Shown here one piece after another: positions 13,163 through 32,718 of a DNA stretch of 64,000 bases. A program made the translations under genes and the position numbers. The stretch's first letter is position 1. Each line of letters starts with the position of its first letter. A model generated the notes under the pieces. That model did not search any database. It was given only the letters and a program-made list of their open reading frames with translations, and was not told the DNA's origin. The DNA lies in NCBI RefSeq assembly GCF_009914755.1, contig NC_060934.1. One strand, given 5' to 3'. This DNA is from the human T2T-CHM13v2.0 reference genome, Homo sapiens.

Positions 13163-13573
13163 TATCCATCCATTCATCTACTCACCTACCCATATATTAA
13201 TCCATTCATCTATTCACCCACTGAAACACCCAGTCATCCATCCATACGTCCATCCAACACATGTACCCATCCGTCCATCCATTCATCCATTCATCCACCC
13301 ACCTACCCATACATTAATCCATTCATCATTCACCCACCAAAACACCCAGTTATCCATCTATATATCCATCCAACACCATCTACCCATCCATCCATCCATT
13401 CTTTCATCCATGCCTCCATTCATCCGTGCACCCCTCCATCTATCCAGCCAATTATCCATCTGCTCATCCATCCACTCATCCATCACTCCATCCATCCTAC
13501 ACCATCCATCCATCCAGCCAGCCAGTCATAGCTCCATCCATCTGTCCAGCCAATTATCTATCCACCCATCCAT
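13163..13573 (+). repeat. Degenerate (TCCA)n tract with an ~117-bp higher-order duplication
   Basis: acctacccat...ttaatccattcatc...aaacacccagt...ccatccaacac occurs starting at 13184 and again at 13301. Confidence 0.9.
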
Positions 13574-16500
13574 CTGGCTTTCCCCTTCACCCCCTCCACA
13601 CCAGTCCTCTCCAACTGCTTTAGTCCTGAGCGATATTTTCCATAAGGAACAGAAAGACATGCCTCCTGCTTCCTGGACCACAGGAAAAAAGAAGCAAGTA
13701 CCAAAAGCTCAAAACCTGGAGATCACTCAGCAAATTTTAGCCTTGAAATAGATCAAAACCTTCACCTTTCTCTGCTGAAGGAATGGCCTTCTCTTATGGG
13801 CAGGGAGGGTTTCCTAGGGAAAGCCCACCCAGGCAGGAGATGAGGAGAGCAGCATCTGAGCACACTTCATCCCACAGTGCCCATCCCATGAGTATCCTCC
13901 ATAAATTACAAAGAAAGAAAAAAAATAGGGAAAAAACAAACCTTTATTTCTCTGTTTACTTCTCTGCATTTAATGAGCAGTTGTTAACATGACTGAAACC
14001 ATCTGATGATTTTTACCAAATGGAAAAATCTGCCTACAGGGGCAATAAAATAAATATTCAGAATAGAGAGAGGCAGTCATAAAAGACATTACCCGGTTGT
14101 AAACGGAGGCGGGTGGTGGTGATCTATTACCCCTGCCTCGGCAGCTTTCAACAGAGTTCTGGAATTCCAGGAGGGGCCCTGACCCAAGGCAATATTTACT
14201 TCTGCGGCTTCTTCATCAGGTCAGCATGGGTATAATTCTGTCTACCAGTTGACTGGAGCTGAGGTTTCGAGCAGGAAGTGCAAACCCTGAGTGCTTATAA
14301 CTCAGGAGGAGTGAGGCACCCCTTCCCAGAGTATGCCAAGAAAAGCACATTGTACTGTCCTGGCTGCAGGGGTGAGGCCCCTGCACACCCAGGCCATTAT
14401 CAGCTTTGTGCCCTGGCCAACAGCGCCTCTGGTTGGTGCATTTGTCAGCTGTATTTTACCCTAGAGCTCTGGGAGGCTCATCCTTTTTTGGTATACCACC
14501 ACGTGGAGAGAGCAGAGTTTTAATAGTGTGGCTGCTTCATGCACCTTGGTAGAGCTAATTAGACCCAGAAGAGATCTTGAAGTCTGAATAGAAATTTAAA
14601 ATCAAAGCTTAAACTTGCAAAGACAGGCATTCCTTCCCCAGGGACCAAACATGAAGCTGCCTTTAGAGATGGCCACAGTTGTGCCAGCCCCTATAACAAC
14701 CTCAGCGTACCCAGATGTTAGATAGACCCAAAAGATCGCATAGGCAGGCCACAACAGCAGCTCATATGAACTTAGCAGCGGCATTGAAGAGCAAGCGTGC
14801 TTATCCCATTTTCAGATCAGAGAGGGAGGTAACTTCCCAACACCACAGGAACCAGCAGTGCAGCTGAGGCTCTGACCAGGGCTCATGCTATGGCCCTGCA
14901 TGTTCCCCTCATGCTCCCTGGTCTGGCTGCAGAAGTGTTTGGTTTTTGGTTGCTTTGGGTGCAGAAGTGCAGACTCTCCCCTGACCTTCTGGCCTACTTC
15001 AGGGTTCATTCACTGGTATGGTGTAGGGATCTGTTGCATCACAGCTAGGCTCTGCCTGAGAGCTTGGAGGAGTTTAATAAACTTACAGAACAGCTGACCA
15101 CAAAGACCAGAATAAGGCTTGGATCCCTTTGGTGTGTGCCCACAGCCAGTCATGGGGTCTGCACAGCCTCAGAGGCCCAGGCTGGCTGGAGGCTGCAGCA
15201 TGCAATGGGCTGGTCACCCAGGTGTGCCACAGCACCTGCTCCCACTTTTACATGCCAGCCAGCACCTTCCTGGGGGGCACTAGGCATGGCTCTCAGTCCT
15301 CCTGAAGAGGGGCTCCTTCAGCCTTGCCCTTGAAGACCCGAAATGCTCATGGGTAAGGTCATGTGCAGACACCAGTTCTTAGAATGGAATAATTCAAAGA
15401 GCCTTTGGGTGGTTAGAGAACCTGGAGGTGGGGGTGAGGGTCTGCTTTTTTTTTGTGGAGGCACCAGAAGCTCTGAGGATGACATTTTTCTGTCCTGCAG
15501 AAGTGCAGGGAATTGCAGCATTTAAAATTTTTTCATCTTTGCTTCTTCTCATGGAGAGCTCTAGTTGGTTTATGAAGGAAGTGTCCTGTGCATTTTTCTT
15601 TCCCATGGAACTACCGGGTTCCCATCCCCATTTCGCCAGTGAGGACTCTGGGACTACAGACCTGAAGGAGGTTACTCAGGTGGTGGTGGGGCACCAGAGC
15701 ACCTGGGGGGGTTCACACCCTGGCTTCTGTGGTCTCTAAAGGTGGGTGCAGAGCTGAGAGGGCTGGGAGTATGGTCAGGTTTTGCAAAGAGTAGCTTGTT
15801 GGGTGCTTCTGCAGGATCCCTTTTAGATGCGACCTTAGCAAGACACAAGACAATCTCCTCCCAACAGTCACTGCCTCCCTCCTACAGGCTCCCTGGGTTT
15901 CTGAAGCCACCTTAGTCTTAACACAAGGGGGGTTTCAGGCAGGTGTCTGCACACAGCCAGGCCTGGGGCACTCCTGAGTGTCAAGGGAAACAGGTTTGAA
16001 GTCCCCATGCCATTGCTGCTTTCAGCTCGGCCCCCTGAACAGGTCCTTAAATGGGAGTTTGTTTTCTGTAATCACCACCCCCTGGAATCTGGGCAATCAT
16101 GGTTTCTGTGGGAACCAGTCTGTCTGCAGGCCCAGGAACCATGGAAGATGAAAGCAAAGATAAGTTGGTCTCTTTACCCAGGGGCCAGCCCTCAGTGAGT
16201 GTTGAAGAAGGGAAGGGAGTTGGGGGAGGCAGAGGGGGGCTTAGGGAAGGAAGAGGAGAGGACTGCGCAGAGGTCCAGAGAGGGAATACGTTTTCCAGGA
16301 GCAGCCCTGTGGTAGGAGGCAGAGGGTGCACATATGTGTCTGTGTCCATCCTCATTGTTGGACAAGCCTTTGCCTCCAGGAGCCCAGCAGGAGCAGCTGA
16401 GGGCAGGGCCAGGCCAGGATGTGCTTGCCACCTGTTTCTCCCTCCCTCCCAGGCCATAGAAATGAGGCCCTCCTCTTCCCTTCCCCCTGTCCCCATAGCG

Positions 16501-18249
16501 CAGGTGTGTGCTGGTGCCTGCCCCAGAGGACATCTGGGGCCAGGAGGTACCTAGGTGGTGAACAGCTGGACTGATTCCAGGAATGACAGAGGACAAAAAA
16601 AACAAAAAGGAACTTGTTTATTCAGGCGGAAATGCTTCACGTGTGCAAAATTTGACCTCCATCTCCCTAGGTTGCCAGATGGTGGATGTGTTTAGTTTGT
16701 ATGTAAAAAAAAGGAAGAAACTGGATGGAGAGCCAGCAGTCAGGCCTTACAGTGGCCCACTCCCCACTTTGGGCTCAGAGGGACACTGTCCATGCCAAGA
16801 GAAGTGGGGTGCCACTGGGTGCCCCTGGGAAGAGCCTTTGCTGCCTAGCCTGGCCTGGCTCCCAGTGTCCTCGGCAGGACTGAGGGAGCTGCTTGGCAGA
16901 TGCCAAGTTTAGCTCAGATCCTAACCACGGAGGGGAGAGGTGCACTGGGCATCTCCACCCCACACCCAGGCCTCTAGGCAGAACTCATTTGGCCTTTTTG
17001 GTTGTGGATTTGGGGGCCTTCAGAGGCCACATTTCTACCTCCAGCAGGTCAGCCTGGGGAGAGAGGCTCAGTGGTGAGCCAGGCCAGCTGGCAGCCACCG
17101 TTCAGCTCTGCACTCCTGTCCAGTAAGCCCCTGCTTCCCGGGATCAGTTTGGGGAAAGAACCTGAAACGTCGGGCCACTCCTGTCCTGGAACACTCAACA
17201 GCTTCCCTGCCCCTCCCCATACTCACTTTTCCTGAGTTTGCTTCTCCCGAGTGACCTGATTGGCATCCCAGTGCCTATATGTTGTTGGAGACAAGGAAAG
17301 CGAGGCTCAGGGAGTTTGTTACCAGTGAGTGGAAAAGACGGGATCTGAACTCACGGTCAGCTACAAATCCCAGCTTTCCCTGTCATGCTGCACAAGCCAT
17401 CTCAGGGCAGGAAGGAGGAGGCCTCTCAGCATGACTGACTGCTTCTCAGCTGGGACTGGAGTCTTGGGCTACAACTAGAATTTGCAAGAGTCCCAGGACA
17501 AGAGCCAGGGAGAGGGCGGCAGAGCTGAGTGGGTTGCCCCTGGGGCAATTTGAAAGGTTTCACGAAGGAGGGGATCTGAGCTAAATGTTGAAGGAGGCAA
17601 AGATTAAGAAGTAGAGATGTGGTGGGTGGAGCAAGAGGGTTTAGGAAACAAAGAATGAGGGTAAGGCCATGGGGCTCGTGCTGGGGGCAGCCAGGAGAGC
17701 AGTTTTGTGTGTAGGAGGTGCCTGAGGGGCCATCTTCAGGCTCCATGGAGAAGGCTGGTGGCCGTCAGCCAGGAGCTCTCCCAGCACTGGGGGGAAGCTC
17801 GTCCTTCAGACCTGGTGGTCTGTGGTGGGGAATCACAGCATCCACAGTCTACCCCTTGCTCTGCCAAACCCCTGCTCAGGAGGGTTTTGTGTTAGAAGAG
17901 GAGCCCGGCCAGGGAGGGCATAGGACGTGGACTTTGAGGAGTCCCTGCACACAGGAGGCCCCTGTGTGTGGGCAGCCAGCTTGGATGGGAGGGTGATGGG
18001 ACCTCTGTGAAGTCTCTGGGAATTCGGTGGAGTTTCATGGGCCAGGTTTAAGATGAAATGTATTTTAAAGAGCTTTTTATGATGGAAATAGCAGGAATAT
18101 AAAAATTCCACCGGCTTGTTGGAACAGAGTGTCTACAAACCTTTTGCGAGGGCTTTTGTATCAGTCAAACGGTTTTACAGTCACAGGTGACTAAAATCCA
18201 ACAGAATTAACTTAGGCCAAGGTGGAGGAATGGGCGGGGATGGGATGGT

Positions 18250-18337
18250 ACAGGAAGGGAAGGGAAAGAGGGGAGGACAGGAGAGGGGAGGGGAAGGGAG
18301 AGGAGGAGAGGGGAGGGGAGGGGAGGGGAAGGGAGAC
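18250..18337 (+). repeat. Polypurine (GA-rich) low-complexity tract
   Basis: Almost pure A/G sequence with GGGGA-like units. Confidence 0.9.
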
Positions 18338-21300
18338 AAGACTAAATCTCCCTCTCTCCCACCTCTCTGTCTATTCTTATATACTTGAAATGGAGGAGGA
18401 GAGCCCTGCAGCCTGGCCCCAGCCTCTGAGGAGGGATTGTGCACTGGGCTCAGCCAGGGCTTCAGTAGAGCTGGGTCATGTGGCCACTGCTGCCTGGTCC
18501 TGGTGGAGGGTCCCTGCAACTTAGCTTCCCCCACTCCCCCTCTCCCATCCAGCTGCTAGAATGAATGCAGATGAGGCCTGGGGCAGGGAATGGGGGAGGG
18601 CTGTTGTTAGGGGTCAGCAAAGTTTGAAGTCTGACCTAGGCTCTCACAGCTAGCCAGGGGCTGCCACGGGGCTCCAGACAAGCACTGGTCCCTTGTCCTT
18701 ATTACCGGCTTTTTTCAAAACCTAGTAGGATACTTGGGACATCTGGGCATAGGCAATCATGCCCTTCTTCTGAGTCATCAGCCTGGCAAGCCCAGTGTGG
18801 GTAAAGAGTGGTGTCAGGGGTTCATATGGCTACCTTGTAAGTTCCAGAACTCCAGGTCCACAGGAGCCCCTCGGTCCTGAGCCCACAGCAGGCAGCTCCA
18901 GACACAGACAGCACAGGCAACATCAGCCACCTAGTCCGAGCACCACAGGCTTGCAGGCAGATGTGCTACGAAGCCCATGGTTGACCATTCCCTTTCTCAA
19001 CCCTGTCTTTAAAGGTTGGCGCAATACTTTCAGCATGTGAACACCACATGGGAAAGAAGCTGGCATTGAACTTAGGTTTCCAGAGCATCTATTATGGTCT
19101 GCACCCTCCTGGGAAACGGGTATATGTTATCTATGGTAATTGACACAAGGATACTACGAAACAGGTGATTTTATCACCATTTGTTAAATTAAGAAAGAAA
19201 TTGGCTTAAGCAATGTAAGTAACTCACCCAGCTCACCCAATGAGTGGCCGGGATGAATCTGGGCTGTCTGGTCGGAGCCTGTGAGAGCCACACTGCCTGC
19301 CTTTGTCAGGTGGCAGCTCCTCCTGCTGTGTTCTGGGGAAAGTGCTGGGGAAAGTCAATTAACGGCACTGGACCTGGCCTGCGAGCCAGCATCCTCACTT
19401 GCAAATAAGGCTGAGTGGAGCCTTTTGATGCAAAGATTAAGTGTATGTGAAGGTGCCTTGTAAACTGTGAAGTGGCATGCACGTGGCACACTGAGGTGTC
19501 AGGATGCTTACCGTCTCGGCTGGTCAGTACACAGGATTATGAAGATGACAAGGGCAAGCCCCGCTTGCTTTACATTTATTTTAAAAGCCCCTCTAGCATG
19601 AGACAATAAGGTGAACCGATGGCTCCTCATTCCACTCCCTGAATGCAGCTAATTTTTCATCTGCAGGCAGGCAGTTTTGCAAACAAGGCTCTGAACTTGA
19701 AGCTCAGAGGGTGAGCGAGGCCTCGTGCCCCCAGGGCCTCTGCTTGCTCCATGTTGGTGCCCCAACGTCCAGGGATGCAAAGCACAGAGGACCCTTAGAG
19801 GCCACACCTGGAAGTGCTCATTCAATGGACCGAGGGATGAAAGTGAGGAGAGCGTTAGGGGAGCTGTGCACAGTAAGTAGGGGCTGGAATGGGATGTGAC
19901 CCAGGACATCCTGGTTAGATTTGGCCAGGAGAGCTGTGAAAATAGGGGAAGCTGGTCCCCAAACCCCACACCCTTTTAAAAAATCAATCCTGGTGGGCGC
20001 AGTGGCAGAAGGACCTGAGTTTGTTACAAAGACCTCAGCAATCCTCTCCTCCTGACCTGTAAACACCAAGAGCCGGAGACAATGCAAGTGTCAGACGCTT
20101 CTCCACCCGCAATGAGGCCTGGGAAGCCCAAGTTGATTGGCTTTCTTTCCAGGAAGGCAGAGCCCAGACGCACTTCAAGGTGGGTATTTCTGTTTGTTTT
20201 CTCCTCAAGGAAAGCACAGCTGAAGGGCTCACGTATTCCACACCCTCTTTTCAAGGCTCATTAATAAGGAGCCCAGGGCAAAATCATACATGTGGCAAAC
20301 TCCACAACCACCAAGGCCGGCAGAGCAGTGAGAGCTGCATTAATGGGGAATTTCAGTGAAATGCCGCCCAGCTCCTAAATTCATACCAGATGAGTTCCAG
20401 AAGATTAAAGTTATTACAATAAAGCCCCAGGGAATCAATCACGCTCTGCCTTGTAACCTTCTTGGTTTTCTGCATCATTCACACAAACCACTTTCTGCAG
20501 GGCACTGGGGTGTTCCCTAGCTGGGCTGGACCCACAGGCCCCAATAAAGCACTTCAGGTTAGAAAGCCTAGCAAAAGGACAGGCTTGGTTCAGGTAAGTG
20601 GCTGGGGTCTGGCAAGTGGCTTGTTTAGTGACCAGTGACAATGCGGTGTGGGAGCCCAGTGGGGAAGGGTGGGCTCCCTAACCCCCAGCCTGCCTGAGGC
20701 ATGCCCCTGGGGGTGGTCACTGTTGGAACCTTGATAAAAAAACAGCCTGAAAGTTGGAAAGTGTCTTGGTAAAGAGTAGAACACGGCACAGTTCTCTTTG
20801 ATACTGTTTTTATGTTTTCATTTTTTATCCTTTTTTTTTCCCAAAGTGCCTCCCAGCCATCCAGGTTCAATCTCAAGTCCTTGTATGCTCAACCAGGCTC
20901 CTGGTGAGCCAGTGATCCTGCGCCATTCTCCCCCAGAACCCCTGGTGGCCACCTGCACTGTCCCTGAACTCCTGTCCCCGAGTGTGAACACAGTCCTCAT
21001 TCTGCATTACACCCCTGGGAGCAGGCATCAGCTCTCTCTGCCTCCACTTCTATGAGAGTTCCAGATGATAGAGGTGCAGAATAATTCACTAAAGAGTCTG
21101 CAACCTCTAAGGCCCAGACCTGCCCTGTGGTCTCTGCCCCAGCCATCTGCTATCTCCCTCCCAAATCCAAGCTCTACAAAAGTTCCAAGTTTGTCCACGT
21201 TTTGGTGTTCAAGCCCCCAAACTCTCTGCCCCATCCTGAATGCTCCTTCCTGCTTCGCAATATTGAGTAGGACCATCCATTCCCTTCAGAGAAGTCCCAC

Positions 21301-21379
21301 ACTCAGCTTCAGAAATGTAGCTTGGTCCAGTGACCAAGCAAGATATTCACAAAGCTGACTGACACAGGTGCATTTCACA

Positions 21380-23150
21380 CTTCTTATTTCTTTATTCTTA
21401 TTTATGATAATATTTAACTTAGGATCAATGCTCAGCGTTTGTGAGAGCTATCTGGAGTTTCCTTTTTCTGTGCAACTTTTTTTGGTTTTGATGTCAGAAT
21501 TCTATTAGCTTTCCAAAGAAGAATCTACAGACTCTCCCCTCCCCCAACATTCTTGCTCTTGGTCAGTTTAAACAGAATTCAGCATTTGAAAAACCCCATC
21601 CTGAAAACACTGAAGCCAGTGCTTTTGAGGGCTGTAGTTCTTTTACAACTGTTTGATTTGCCATTTAGGCATTCCTATCTCTTCTTGAGTCCATTTCGAT
21701 CATTTGCATGTTCCTAGAAAACGGCTTTTCATTCAGGTTTTCAGAGTCATTGATATGTTTAAGTAATTCTGTTTTCTTCTTTTTCGTACTCTGGTTATTT
21801 GTACTTTCTCATACTCTGTTTCTTTGCCCCCTGCCTCCTTCCCTCCCCCTTTCTCTCTCCTTGCTTTCTTTTTCTTTTACTTGTTTTTGTTTTCCTTGAC
21901 TGGGCGAATTAATATTTTGTTGCACTCCATTTTGTTTCATTCTATTCCATTCTCCTCCGCCACCAAAGACATACCTTTCATGTCATGGTCAATTGTATGA
22001 GGCTTTTCTGTTGTCACTGTGATTCTATTTTTAATATTCTTTTTAGTGACCTTAATCAAAAGAATTATTATGTAAAATACCTAGTTCATTTGTTTTTATT
22101 GGTTCATATTTTTACTGAAAATATTAATGGCTATATATTTTTCTATGAACACAGCTTTAATAGTATTCCAAAGATTATGAAAAGGAATATTGATTTTAAG
22201 GAAATTCCATGAGGGACTTTCAGTTTTTCTCTCACTGAAGTATTGTTTAGGGAAGAGCTTTTAAAATTTCAGAATTGTTCTGTGTTATTATTGCAATTAG
22301 TAAATTTTGTTTTGCATTTTTAGTTTTCCTTTATTGATGTTAAAGAAGGTGGTTTTTGTTATTTTTCTTTTTTCTTTTGAGTTTGAGGTTTTCTTTGTGA
22401 ACAATAGAAAAGGATACACATTTTCTGTACACAAGGCATGGGGACATATATAAAATGTCATACATGTTTATATGAATATATGTGTGTGTTATATATATGA
22501 TCAATCTATTAATGGAATTATTTGGATTCTCTGTTTCACTCTTCCTTAATTTCTTGACATACAGGATTGAGTGAGAGAGCTACACTGAAGTCTTCCAATG
22601 ATTTTGTGCTTTGTCAAATTTATCCTTTTATTTGTTCCAGTTTTTGCTACATTTATTAATGCTATGATGCTATATAGTAAATAAAGGTTCTTGACAGCTA
22701 TATCTTTAAATCAATCAAGCAATAAATATTATAAAATATTTTATATTTTATGTTGAACATTTATGTCAAATACAATATTTTTTATATTGAACACAATTTC
22801 AATATTTTTTGGTCATGAATGTAACTGTGTATAATATTGATACTCAGCTTTCTATTTGTTTACATTGAATTGGAATATTTTTGCTCTTCATTCTGCTTTC
22901 AGTCTTTCTAAGTTCCTTTATTTTAATTTCATATTTTGTAGAATACAAGTAACCTGGAATTAGGTTATTTTGTTTTGGTCCTGACTGATGTCCCTTCTCC
23001 TTTGGGTTAGGCTTATACACTCATATTTATTGCATAAGATATACACTGTAAGACCTAGCTTTGGTGTTTCTACTTGAAAGCTTCCTTGGTTTTTAATGTT
23101 TCTGTCTTTTGAACTAGAGTCTGTGTTCTGCCTCCTAAAAAACATCACCA
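21380..23150 (-). mobile_element. Highly decayed ancient L1M fragment
   Basis: T-rich plus strand with residual L1 ORF2-antisense motifs (ggttttgatgtcag, gaagtcttccaatgatt). Boundaries are approximate. Confidence 0.55.
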
Positions 23151-25292
23151 GTAATTAAGAAGCAAGAATGTCGTTTTTACACCAAAATGTTGATTTTAAG
23201 CTTCACATGGTGAAATTAGATACGATGTTGTATAACATTTGGCACCTTGGTGAGAAGTCAGATTAGAAAATTGCCCGTGGCTCTGAACTTTCTGTGATTT
23301 GACTTCAGTGTATTTTTCCCAATAGAGTCACCTGTTGCCTATTACAATGAAGTTAGATGTCTCCTGACCTCAGCCCATCCCCTGTTGGATAAAAAGTTTC
23401 TGCTTCAGTCTTGCTGTCCACGCCCGTGGAAGAAACTACAATAGGGGATTTACTCTCCTGGCCCAAATCAGGTCGAGCTTCTGGGCCTCCCTACTCCATG
23501 CTGGGGGATACTGGACATTCAGAGTGCCTTTCTGTCAGCCCCGCAACACAGCCCCACTGGGGTGGCTGACTGTGCTGACCTTGTGTCTCTGAGCTCAATT
23601 TCAACTGGGGTGTATCTGAGGGTTAGTCTTCAGAGAACTTGGAATGAGGTAAGACTTTCCTAGTTCCATGTAGGTGATTATTTTTCCTTTTGTCTATATT
23701 GAGTTATTTTGGTTCATTTGAGAAGTAACTGGGCAGGAGGCTTGTTGACATTTACTTGAAATGCCATCCTTTGTCACCTCTAAATCAATCTGTCCTCTTC
23801 TCCGGGATGGTATCTCTTTGAAACAAGAGTAGTTTCATTTTCAAGGTCGGGGCTCTAGCACCTAGCCCAGTGTGTGGCAGGCAGGGAGTGCTCAGGGCAT
23901 GTTTGTGGGGGCTTTTCTCAACAGTGTGCAGGGCTGAATGAGGGAGTGGAAGCCTCTACTCTGCAGCAAAGATAAGACAATTATGATCAGCCTCTGAATT
24001 CCCATCACCATTGCCAGCAGCTGGGCCATAGGCACTTGTGCAGCCACATGGAATACCTCCTTTGTTAGAAGTACCCAGTTTGGACACTGTGGCCCTTTGG
24101 TTAGCTTTCATTTTCATTGTATCTCTTCATACATTTTTAGATTAAAAAAAGCTTTATTTAATAAAAATAAAACATTATTTCTTTAAAGCAAGCATTTAAA
24201 ACATTTAGTGTGTACTTCTTCTGATATTGATTTTTTATTAAAAAAGACCAGAAATTCCTTGGAAAACATAATTAATGGCCAATGTTGAGGATGGAAACTT
24301 TAACTTTCACTGAAGAAGAACCATTTTCAAGTTCATATAGACAGTAAATTAGCCTCTGGAGCAATGACACTGTACTCAAGAGCCCCAGCCATCTGGAGAA
24401 GTGGTTTCCATGCGAAAATTTACAGTTGCATGGTTGTATTTTAGTGCTTTCAGTTTGGTTTCTCTTGAGAAATTTCCTTCTTTTGGTGAAGTTATTTAAA
24501 TTTGGACATGGCTTACATGGCAACCAGAATTCCAAATTCTCATTATAAGGGAGTCAATGCCTTGGCCATATGTTCATGATTTCTCCTGTTGATAAAGTCT
24601 CCTGATGAATAAATACCCATTTTTTTCTAAAGGAAATTGCTATTCCAAATTTGATAAGAGTACTTTGAGTTTCTATTTCAATAATTCTGACAACCCTGAT
24701 GGAGAAATCACTTTATTTTCTCCCTCCCTCTTTTTCTTCATTGTCATGAGTGATCAATGAATTAATCAGTTTAAAGAAGTGAATGTTGCATCAGTAAGAA
24801 GATAATTTTGTACATGTCTGTTTCTCTGCTTGGTAATTTTTTATTGTTTAGAAGTAGAAGATGGATTAAAAAGATAAAAGCCATCAGTGTAATATACAAT
24901 ATAAGGCATATGGTAGTTTGTCATTAATAAATATCCCACATCATTTAGGTTTTGCTTTGGTCAACAAACTTTTACCAAATTTGCCTAGTGTTTTTGATGA
25001 AACTGCTTGACCACTATTGACTTGGAGGATTAGTGATAGAACTGAAAGATCAAGGAAATTATTCGGAGAATTCATTCTATGGGTGGACTTTTCTAGTAAC
25101 AAAAGGAAGAGCTGATTTTTGCACAAGCTATGGACAAATTAGGTAGTTGTGGACACTGATTCCACACAATACACTGGAATTTAACCCAGTGGTTCTTCCC
25201 ATTCCTTGCAGTGCTCATCCCTACCTTGCCTGCTTAGATTAAGTTGAAATAAATCTTTGCCTAGTCTATTTCATCTGTTCTATTTACTTGTT

Positions 25293-25357
25293 ACACACAC
25301 ACACAGACACACATATGTGTGTGTGTGTATATATGTGTGTGTATATATGTGTGTGTG

Positions 25358-25396
<39 letters not shown>
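25293..25396. repeat. Compound (CA)n/(TG)n/(TA)n microsatellite
   Basis: Read directly from the sequence. Confidence 0.95.
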
Positions 25397-25398
<2 letters not shown>

Positions 25399-26260
25399 GA
25401 GATTGCCCTAGGGTTTGAAATATACATTTTGAAATAATCTGAGTTTACCTTCAGGTACTGTTAAATCACTTCACATCTAGTGCGAACAGCTTTCTTCCCA
25501 ATTGTTGCTCCTATCTTTTGTGCCACTGTTGTCACTTATTTTACTTTTACATAAGTTATGAATATACAATCTATTGTTACCATTACTGTTTTAAATTTTT
25601 GGCTATCTTTTAGAGCAATTTAAAATAAGAAAAAAAGAGAATTTTACCTTCACTTTTTCCATTTCCAACACTCTTCATTTCTTTGTGTAGATACAGTTTT
25701 CTAACCAATGCCATATTCCCTCTTCCTGAATAAGTCCCTTTAAAGATTTTTTGTGGAGGGAGTCAGCTGGGATGAATTATGTCTGTTTTCATTTGCCTGT
25801 GAATGTCTTTTTTTTTTTTAATTTTTGGAGGATATTTTCACTGGCTATAGAATTCTGGGCCAATGGTTTTTTTCTTTCAACACTTTAAATATATCACTCC
25901 ATTGTTATTGTTTCGGACAAGAAGTCTGTTGTAATTCTTACCCTTGTTTCTCCTTAGGCAATGTGTCATTTTTCTCTGCCTTCAAGATTTTTCTCTTTGC
26001 TTTTAGTTTTCAGAGATTTGAATATATGTTGAAGTGTATTTTGTTTGTTTCTTTTATGTTGTTTCCATGTTTATCCTACTTGTGTCTTGTGAGTTTCTTG
26101 GATTTGTGGTCTGGTGTCTGTCATTAATTTCGGAAAATTCTTAGATGCTATTTCTGCAACTATTTCTTCTATTCCACTGTTTTTCTCTTTTCCTAGGATT
26201 TTAACTACATGTGTCTTAGAATATTTGATATTATCCACAGCTCTTGGATGTACTTTTTTT

Positions 26261-32718
<6,458 letters not shown>

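Noticed and set aside
24270-25130. AT-rich segment with short minus-strand ORFs, possibly an ancient transposase or pseudogene
   Set aside because: No convincing homology recognised by eye.
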